A stretch of 26,534 nt of DNA. Origin: Bacteroidales bacterium (GTDB lineage: Bacteria; Bacteroidota; Bacteroidia; Bacteroidales; UBA7960). Within the stretch, counting starts at the first letter, position 1, and each line of letters begins with the position of its first letter. Where the stretch lies: positions 1-26,534 of the forward strand of contig SLEW01000002.1 of the NCBI GenBank assembly GCA_007124575.1. The letters run 5' to 3'. Under the pieces are notes generated by a model. It searched no databases. It saw nothing but the letters and a program-made list of their open reading frames with translations, and was not told where the DNA came from. A program made the position numbers and the translations under genes. This document shows positions 7,972-14,622 of the stretch, piece after piece.

Positions 7972-9825
7972 TTAATCCTTGCCTGTTTTCCTGTACGTTT
8001 CAATGATGCTGTTGAGCATCTTTTCCGTGGTGCTGGCGCCTTCACCCAGAGAAAAGGCGATCTTCTGAACCATTTTCAGGTTCTCATCAATGACCTCGCT
8101 AACCCTGTTAATGATCTCTTCCTGCCGAACTTCCGCCACATACATGTCACGGAACACACCCCCCACGATTTTGTTGGGTTTCAGCGAATAAATACTTACG
8201 TTAAGCAGCCTGTCGTCATGCTGAACATCTTTGCCTATGATGTTCTCATCGTTTTCAAGCACGTAGGTAAAAAGATTGTAGAGGTTATAGGGCAGTAATG
8301 TTTTCAAGTCAGCTCCGGCAAGTCCGGGTATCACCTCGTTGATCATTTCGGCATCTTCGCCCAGTACCCGGATGAAACTTTCATTGGATTCAATTACCTT
8401 GAGCTTGTCGTCAACAATCACAGCTGCTGATGGCAGGTTTTTCAGCAGGGCAGAGGTTGTATCCGTACGTTGTTTGAGTTTCTGATTCTCTTCAAGAAGG
8501 GATTTTTCCTTGTCAATGAGGCTTTCCTGCTGTTGTTTTAATTTGTCATTATTGTTTTTAAGCGTCTTGATGTAATCTTGTTTGTTTTTGATCGAATAAT
8601 TAAGGCACATTTCAGGCTTTGAAAGGCCCTGGCTGATGCTGGCTGCGAAATCCTGGCAGCTCCTGAAGCCGCAGGCGTTGCATGCAGCACTCTCTTCCAG
8701 TCGCTTACCCAGGCTTTTAAGTATCTCTTCCAGTTGCTCATTGTTGGGTTGGGGCAAACGCTGATCGTCGCGTTCAAAACCCCGGCCAAGATCTATCTCA
8801 AGATGTTTGGCCATGTCTTTTTCCCACTGCTTTTTGTCAAAATCCCTGAGACGTTTATGAACGTAATCCACCACCATGGTACGTCGCAAATATTTGTTGG
8901 ACTGGTCGGTAGTTCCCGGCCCCATAAGACAGCCCGAGTGATAAAAGATGTTGAAATGTTTTTTCAGTGATTCGGTGTGGTCGTTGAATTCGTCCACGGC
9001 ATCCATCATGTTCATCTTTTCTTCAACGGTGATCACCTTGCCGTCAAGCAAAGAATCATCCACCTTCGACGCTTCCACTATGCCTTTGCTGATAGGATAC
9101 AGTGAACCGTGGTAGCCGATGGGTGCATCAAAGTCTGAATACTCAACCTTGGATTCCTTGATCTTAAATCTGTTGAAAAGGTCGCGCAGCTCTTTAAATG
9201 TCAGCACCCTGTCCACATATCCGTCTCCTTCATGCGCGCGTGCCTCATGTTTGGCCGATAAGCACGGGCCGATGAAAACTACTTTGAGGTCTTTGCCATA
9301 GTTTTTGCGCACGGTTTTGGCCGCCGCAGTCATGGGCGTCACAATAGGGGCAAGGTTATCCGTAAGCTCCGGAGCAAACTTTTCCACATAGGAAACAAGG
9401 CTGGGACAGTTGGCCATCAAATAATACTTGCCCTTGAAATTTGTCAGTAAATCATGGTATTTTCTGGCCACCAGGTCCACGCCAAAGGAAACCTCGTTCA
9501 CATAGTCGAAACCTAGTTTACGGATCATTTCCACAAACTTGCGGTAATCTGTGATATCAGGAAATTCACCGCTAATGGTGGGGTCTACGATGGCAGCTGT
9601 CTTGTTATCTGACTCCAGAAGCTCAACAGTCTCCTCCAGTTCACTAATATGACTTACTGCATCGGCAGCACAAACATAGAGGCAGCTTCCGCATCCGATA
9701 CACCGGCTGTGATTGACAACCGGCATGCCATCTTTGCTTCGGGTTGTTATGGCCTTTACCGGACAGGCCCTGATGCATGCATAAGATTGCGTACATCGCT
9801 TATGGTCTATTTCTATGATTTTCAT
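7972..9825 (-). CDS. Group C (sensory) [FeFe]-hydrogenase-like protein with FeS domain, coiled coil and PAS-like domain, HfsB/HydS-like; H-cluster motifs degenerate
   Basis: N-terminal ferredoxin-like motifs (CTQSYACIRACP, CIGCGSCLYVC). H-domain with P1 MANCP, P2 GPCLSAKHE and P3 FYHSGCLMGPG. FeS domain CNACGFRSC...EMC, coiled coil, PAS-like LPSAAVIVD...IESNESF, and C-terminal helix VQKIAFSLGEGA. Confidence 0.88.
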   Translation of the reverse strand: MKIIEIDHKRCTQSYACIRACPVKAITTRSKDGMPVVNHSRCIGCGSCLYVCAADAVSHISELEETVELLESDNKTAAIVDPTISGEFPDITDYRKFVEMIRKLGFDYVNEVSFGVDLVARKYHDLLTNFKGKYYLMANCPSLVSYVEKFAPELTDNLAPIVTPMTAAAKTVRKNYGKDLKVVFIGPCLSAKHEARAHEGDGYVDRVLTFKELRDLFNRFKIKESKVEYSDFDAPIGYHGSLYPISKGIVEASKVDDSLLDGKVITVEEKMNMMDAVDEFNDHTESLKKHFNIFYHSGCLMGPGTTDQSNKYLRRTMVVDYVHKRLRDFDKKQWEKDMAKHLEIDLGRGFERDDQRLPQPNNEQLEEILKSLGKRLEESAACNACGFRSCQDFAASISQGLSKPEMCLNYSIKNKQDYIKTLKNNNDKLKQQQESLIDKEKSLLEENQKLKQRTDTTSALLKNLPSAAVIVDDKLKVIESNESFIRVLGEDAEMINEVIPGLAGADLKTLLPYNLYNLFTYVLENDENIIGKDVQHDDRLLNVSIYSLKPNKIVGGVFRDMYVAEVRQEEIINRVSEVIDENLKMVQKIAFSLGEGASTTEKMLNSIIETYRKTGKD

Positions 9826-9933
9826 ACCCTGCGATTGCGATTATACTCTGTTGATTGTCCGGCGGAACCGGTTTTTCAAATCGATGACAAAAGGCAGACA
9901 GCAAAATGAAGGGCGCTGATTTCTTATCGGCCT

Positions 9934-10188
9934 TTAAGAACCGGAAAAATACGCGTCCAGAAGGTCTGTGACCTTATCAGGCGTTACCTGCGTATGTTTC
10001 TGATAATTAAGTAAGAGCACGGGGCCCTTTTCGCACTCCCCAAAACAATGTGAGCCCCTGAAAAGAACTATATCTTCAAGCCCACGCTCTTTCAGGTATT
10101 TTTTTATAATTCCGAGGGCCTGCTTGTTACCCCTGGAAAAGCAACTGCTTCCCATGCAAATGACGATCTCTGAATGCTCTTGTCCCAT
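9934..10188 (-). CDS. Thioredoxin-like [2Fe-2S] ferredoxin (NuoE C-terminal type), HfsA-like
   Basis: CMGSSC (Cx4C) and HCFGEC (Cx3C). Start moved to ATG 10188 (MGQEHSE, 84 aa). Confidence 0.85.
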   Translation of the reverse strand: MGQEHSEIVICMGSSCFSRGNKQALGIIKKYLKERGLEDIVLFRGSHCFGECEKGPVLLLNYQKHTQVTPDKVTDLLDAYFSGS

Positions 10189-10215
10189 AAAAGATATTAT
10201 TCCGATCAATAAATA

Positions 10216-10223
10216 CAAAATTA
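10216..10223 (-). promoter_or_regulatory. Putative Bacteroidota -7 promoter box for the hfsABC-like unit
   Basis: The minus strand reads TAATTTTG, matching TAnnTTTG, 27 bp upstream of ATG 10188. No clean -33 TTTG was found. Confidence 0.5.
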
Positions 10224-10243
10224 CGGAAAGCTTTCTGAAAAAC

Positions 10244-10261
10244 CAGTTAATTCCTTCACAT
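10244..10261. promoter_or_regulatory. Weak candidate Rex operator
   Basis: CAGTTAA-TTCC-TTCACAT matches TTGTGAA-N4-TTCACAA at 10/14 positions and overlaps the expected -33 region of the leftward promoter. Confidence 0.3.
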
Positions 10262-10361
10262 CTTATATACAAGAGTTTATTTAAGAATTAATCTAAATAA
10301 CATTAATGCCGCCTTTTTTTCGTTTTATGCCCCTTTGTTATGTCAAAACTATTTTTTTCTT

Positions 10362-10369
10362 TATCTTTG
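10362..10369 (+). promoter_or_regulatory. Putative Bacteroidota -7 promoter box for the hydCBA operon
   Basis: TATCTTTG matches TAnnTTTG. A TTTG lies at 10334-10337, 24 nt upstream, slightly longer than the usual spacing. Confidence 0.55.
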
Positions 10370-10383
10370 TTGCTAGGGTTAGG

Positions 10384-10407
10384 TGTATTGCAAACATTTG
10401 ACATACA
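10384..10407. promoter_or_regulatory. Imperfect 24-bp palindrome, candidate operator
   Basis: TGTAT-tg-CAAA-ca-TTTG-ac-ATACA gives 9 complementary pairs, just downstream of the -7 box. Confidence 0.35.
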
Positions 10408-10441
10408 GCACTTTAGTTTTGTTATAAGAAATTGTTTTATA

Positions 10442-10459
10442 TTGTGAACAAAATATCAA
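10442..10459. promoter_or_regulatory. Candidate Rex operator
   Basis: TTGTGAA-CAAA-ATATCAA has a perfect left half-site and matches 11/14 overall. It lies 12 bp before the hydC start, and a rex gene is in the same operon. Confidence 0.5.
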
Positions 10460-10471
10460 CACGATAGGCCA

Positions 10472-10945
10472 ATGACAGTTGAGCTGGAACATATTTTTAA
10501 AGTTTATCCCAACAGCAAGCGTGAAGACCTCATTCCCATGCTTCAGGCTATCCAGGATGAGCAGGGTTATCTTACGGAGGAGGTGATCCATGAAGTGGGC
10601 AAGTACTTGGATATCAGTGTGAATAAGATCTATGGGGTAGCCACTTTTTATGATAACTTTCGCTTTGGCCCTGTTGGCAGGTATCATTTTCGCCTTTGTC
10701 ACGGTACCGCATGCCATGTGGCCGGTGCATCAACACTTCAGAAAGAGTTGCAGAAGTTACTGAAGATCAATGCAGGTGAGACCGATAAAAATGGATTATT
10801 CAGCCTTGAGGTTGTTAGTTGCATAGGCGCTTGCGGACTGGCACCTCTGATTGAGGTCAATGAGGAGTATTATACAAATATTACCCTTGAGTCGTTAAAA
10901 GCCCTGGTGGACAAGATCAGGGAAAAAGAAAATGATGTCTTATGA
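10472..10945 (+). CDS. NuoE-like [2Fe-2S] subunit of a multimeric [FeFe]-hydrogenase (HydC/HndA type)
   Basis: LIPMLQAIQ, IYGVATFY, CHGTACH, SCIGACGLAP. ATGA overlap with the next gene. Confidence 0.93.
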   Translation: MTVELEHIFKVYPNSKREDLIPMLQAIQDEQGYLTEEVIHEVGKYLDISVNKIYGVATFYDNFRFGPVGRYHFRLCHGTACHVAGASTLQKELQKLLKINAGETDKNGLFSLEVVSCIGACGLAPLIEVNEEYYTNITLESLKALVDKIREKENDVL

Positions 10946-12891
10946 GCCTGGATGCGAAACTTGAGAATCGTCAGTTTTTGATCAACAAAGTCTTGCTGGA
11001 CCCCAGACGCGATGAAGATGCTGGCGTACGCAAGTCATTGTCATACATATCGGGGGAGCGGGTACACAAAGCCTTGATCTATGTCGGCATGGCAACTTGT
11101 GGCAAGGTAGCCGGAGCAAAAAAAACCTTTCTGGCCATTCAAAACTATCTCCAGGATCATGATATTGATGTTACGCTTGTAGAAGGTGGATGTGTAGGGT
11201 TTTGCAGGGAAGAACCTCTTGTGGATGTGCAGCTTCCCGGAAAGGCGCGCATATCCTTCGGAAATGTTACTTCGGATAAGGTACAGCCCCTCCTGGATGA
11301 TATACTCAACAACAACCTGCCTGAGCAGAAACCCCTGGGCCAGTATCAGAATCCAATTCTTCAGCAATGGGATGGTGTGCCTTTCATGGAGGAGCATGTC
11401 TTTTTTGCCGGACAGCAAAGGTTGCTGATGGACAATTGCGGAATAATTGATCCGGTTTCTATCGAGAGCTACATTGCTAAAGGCGGTTACTGGTCCTTTA
11501 CCGATACCATTTCCACAAAAACACCCGCCCAGGTTTGTGACATTATCGATAAAAGTGGCCTCGCCGGAAGGGGAGGAGGAGGCTACTCTGCAGGAAAAAA
11601 GTGGAACGCTGCCCTAAGCACGGTAAGTGACAACAAATACCTGGTATGCAATGCCGTTGAGAGCGATCCCGGCAGCTATATGAACCGGGCTATCATAGAA
11701 AGCAATCCGCACAGGCTTATCGAAGCTGTGCTCATTGCAGCTTATGCCATAGGCGCAGGTAAAGCCTATATCTTTATCCGGGAAGAATTCAGCCTCGCTA
11801 TCAGCAGATTGGAAAAAGCCATCAGCCAGGCCCGTGAAATGGGCATTATAGGGCATCATATCTTTGAATCCGGGGTAAACATTGATGTAGCTGTAAAAAA
11901 AGGAGCCCGTGCGTTTGTATGTGGTGAAGAGACGGCACTGATCAACAGCTTAGAGGGTAAACGTGCCATGCCCTCTTCAAAGCCTCCTTACCCGGCCGAA
12001 AAGGGCCTTTGGGATCATCCTACCATTGTTAATAATGTGGAAACCCTTTTTAATGTGCCCCTGATCCTGAAAAATGGCAGCGAATGGTTTCATGATACAG
12101 GCACAAAAAGAAGCAAAGGCACCAAAATATTTACACTTTCAGGCAAACTGAAGAACTATGGCACTGTAGAAGTACCTATGGGTATGACTTTTCGCGATAT
12201 CTTAAACGATATTGGAGGAGGCATGGCCGGCGAAAAAGACTTCAAGGCCATCGTGCTCGGAATCAACAGCGGAAGCTATATCACCGAAGAAACGCTTGAC
12301 ATCAAAGTAGACTTCGATGAATTAAAAAGCATAGGTGGCGCTCTGGGAAGCGGAGCCTTTGTAGTGCTTGACTCCGGAGTGTGTATGGTGGACATGGCCA
12401 AATACTTCACAGCCTTTTTTAAAAACGAAAGCTGCGGAAAATGTATTCCATGTCGCGAAGGTACCGCACGGATGCTGGAAGTAATGGAAAACGTCACCCG
12501 AAGACCAAGTGACAATCAGTCCTTCCAGACACTGGAAAGATTTAAGGGCGTGATGCAGCTAAAAAACCTTGCCGGGGTTATCAGCGAAACATCACTTTGC
12601 TCACTGGGGAAATCATCACCCTACGCCATTCTCAACACACTGAAACATTTTAAGAAAGAATTTGATGCACATATCTTTGAAAGGAAATGTGCAGCAAATA
12701 TATGCACCGACCTTAGGATATATCATATCGATGTGGATGCGTGCACAGGATGCACCGCCTGTTTTAAAAAATGCCCGGTCGATGCCATCATAGGCTCGCC
12801 CCGCTATCCACACTTTATCGTACAGGACAAATGCATCGGATGCGGTACCTGCTTTGACGTGTGTAAGTTTAATGCGGTGCTTATCAAATAA
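10942..12891 (+). CDS. NuoF-like flavin/NADH subunit of a multimeric [FeFe]-hydrogenase (HydB/HndC type) with an N-terminal thioredoxin-like domain; divergent FMN/NADH motifs
   Basis: GMATCG...GCVGFC, GLAGRGGGGYSAGKKW, CNAVESDPGSYM, FVCGEETAL, NNVETL, SCGKCIPCREG...SLCSLG, HIFERKCAANIC, and two C-terminal [4Fe-4S] motifs. Confidence 0.92.
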   Translation: MSLDAKLENRQFLINKVLLDPRRDEDAGVRKSLSYISGERVHKALIYVGMATCGKVAGAKKTFLAIQNYLQDHDIDVTLVEGGCVGFCREEPLVDVQLPGKARISFGNVTSDKVQPLLDDILNNNLPEQKPLGQYQNPILQQWDGVPFMEEHVFFAGQQRLLMDNCGIIDPVSIESYIAKGGYWSFTDTISTKTPAQVCDIIDKSGLAGRGGGGYSAGKKWNAALSTVSDNKYLVCNAVESDPGSYMNRAIIESNPHRLIEAVLIAAYAIGAGKAYIFIREEFSLAISRLEKAISQAREMGIIGHHIFESGVNIDVAVKKGARAFVCGEETALINSLEGKRAMPSSKPPYPAEKGLWDHPTIVNNVETLFNVPLILKNGSEWFHDTGTKRSKGTKIFTLSGKLKNYGTVEVPMGMTFRDILNDIGGGMAGEKDFKAIVLGINSGSYITEETLDIKVDFDELKSIGGALGSGAFVVLDSGVCMVDMAKYFTAFFKNESCGKCIPCREGTARMLEVMENVTRRPSDNQSFQTLERFKGVMQLKNLAGVISETSLCSLGKSSPYAILNTLKHFKKEFDAHIFERKCAANICTDLRIYHIDVDACTGCTACFKKCPVDAIIGSPRYPHFIVQDKCIGCGTCFDVCKFNAVLIK

Positions 12892-12904
12892 CCAGAGCTA
12901 AGCC

Positions 12905-14602
12905 ATGGAATGCAAGATAGAAGTTAACCATAAAACTTTAAAAGTACAGGAGGGTGAAAGCCTGTTGTCTGCTTTGCGTCAGCACGGATTTAAAATACCC
13001 ACCATGTGCCACATGAATCGTTTCTCTCCTACTGGTGCATGTCGGCTGTGTGTGGTGGAAGTGGAGGGTAAAAGTGACCTGATAACCTCTTGTTCCTTCC
13101 CTGTAGAGGCTGGCATGAAGGTACAAACAAACTCACAGCGCGTTATCAAAGCCAGGAAGTCATTGGTGGAATTGCTGCTGTCTGACCACCCGGATGATTG
13201 TCTTTATTGCCAGCGTAACGGCCATTGTGAGTTGCAATGGCTTGCAGCGGAAATGAACGTAAAAGAACGAAAGTATTTCGCAGGAAAACAAAAAGATAAC
13301 CCCGACTATTCCAGTACGTCAGTAGCAAGAGACCCTGCCAAATGTGTACTCTGCAGCAGGTGTGTTCGTATATGTGAAGAGGTGCAGCGTGTTACCGCCA
13401 TCGATTTCATTTCGCGGGGAACAAGAACAAAAGTCAACAGCGCCTTTCATAAAGGGTTGAATGTCTCTTCATGCATCCATTGCGGTCAATGCATCCAGGT
13501 TTGTCCTACCGCTGCGCTGACAGACATTTCACATCTTGAAAAAGTAAATGCCGCACTGGGCAATAAGAAAAAACAGGTGATGTTTGTTATCAGTCCTGCG
13601 GCAATAGTCAGCGTCACAGAACTTATACAATCCAAATCAAAAAACAAAGTCAGGGCCAGGCTGACTGCTGCCCTGAAAAGACTCGGGGCCAGCAAGGTGT
13701 TTGATAGCGGTACAGCTGCAGACATTCATGTGATGGAAGAGGCACGGCAACTTGCAGAATTAATCAGAAGCAAAGACAAAAAAGATCTGCCTCTTATTTC
13801 ATCCTGTTGCCCCTCATGGATACGTTATGCCGAAGGTTTCAAGCCACAGCTAACCCAGCACATAGCAAAAGTAAAATCGCCCGGACACATCGCAGGCAGC
13901 CTTATAAAGCTCAATTATGCCCGTGAGCATGACGTAGCCATGGAAGACATCTATACAGTATCAGTAACACCATGCGTTGCCAAAAAATATGAAGCAAGCT
14001 GGGAGGAAAATACACATAAGGGGGTATCGGAAGTAGATGCAGTGCTGACCGTTCGCGAATTATTCCTCCTGTTGCGCAGCTTTGGGCTCAACCTGGAACA
14101 GATTGAAGAGGAAGAGATGGATGCGCCTTATAACCATTCATCAGCAGCTGCCATAAAACTTGGCTATTCGGGTGGGAAAGCTGAATCGGTGGCACAGGAA
14201 TTGTTTAACATAATGGGCGGAAGCAAGAAAGAAGCCTTCCGGTTCATGCAGCCTAAAAGTATTACCAGCAAGAGAGAAACAAAGGTCAAAATAGGAAAAA
14301 CGCAGGTAGGCTTTGCCTGGGTAAGCAGCATTGCCGAGGCGGAAGACTACCTTAATGAACTTGGGGAGTCAAAGCGGGATGATATCCATTACATTGAGGT
14401 AATGGCATGCCTCGGGGGTTGTGCCGGAGGAGGTGGTCAGCCTATCAGCCGGGGTTTTGAACAGCCAAAGGCAAGAAAAAAGATCTCCGTCGAAATGGAG
14501 AAAAAGGCAGCATGGCAAAAAGCCTCCGGGAACACCATGGCGGCCGACCTGTTTGAACGTTTTTCTTTCAGACAAAATGAAATCTGGGAAGACCCATTTT
14601 GA
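12905..14602 (+). CDS. [FeFe]-hydrogenase catalytic-type subunit (HydA/HndD type, group A3 architecture), divergent
   Basis: 2Fe-2S (PTMCH, CRLC, TSC), His-ligated cluster HPDDCLYCQRNGHC, and 2x[4Fe-4S]. P1 ISSCCPSW, P2 TPCVAKKYE, P3 EVMACLGGCAGGGGQP. The C-terminal LLHTxY motif is absent. Confidence 0.9.
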   Translation: MECKIEVNHKTLKVQEGESLLSALRQHGFKIPTMCHMNRFSPTGACRLCVVEVEGKSDLITSCSFPVEAGMKVQTNSQRVIKARKSLVELLLSDHPDDCLYCQRNGHCELQWLAAEMNVKERKYFAGKQKDNPDYSSTSVARDPAKCVLCSRCVRICEEVQRVTAIDFISRGTRTKVNSAFHKGLNVSSCIHCGQCIQVCPTAALTDISHLEKVNAALGNKKKQVMFVISPAAIVSVTELIQSKSKNKVRARLTAALKRLGASKVFDSGTAADIHVMEEARQLAELIRSKDKKDLPLISSCCPSWIRYAEGFKPQLTQHIAKVKSPGHIAGSLIKLNYAREHDVAMEDIYTVSVTPCVAKKYEASWEENTHKGVSEVDAVLTVRELFLLLRSFGLNLEQIEEEEMDAPYNHSSAAAIKLGYSGGKAESVAQELFNIMGGSKKEAFRFMQPKSITSKRETKVKIGKTQVGFAWVSSIAEAEDYLNELGESKRDDIHYIEVMACLGGCAGGGGQPISRGFEQPKARKKISVEMEKKAAWQKASGNTMAADLFERFSFRQNEIWEDPF

Positions 14603-14622
14603 AAGACAAGGAATTTTACATT

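Noticed and set aside
10419-10436. TTGTTAT half-site as a third Rex box
   Set aside because: There is no matching right half-site at the required spacing.
10379-10717. 112-aa minus-strand ORF spanning the divergent promoter, and the extended N-terminus of ORF 9934-10272
   Set aside because: They overlap hydC and the promoter boxes, have no motifs, and are better explained as non-coding regulatory DNA.
10472-12891. Annotation as respiratory complex I nuoE/nuoF
   Set aside because: No other nuo genes are present, and the third subunit has H-cluster P1-P3 motifs, so these are hydrogenase partner subunits.
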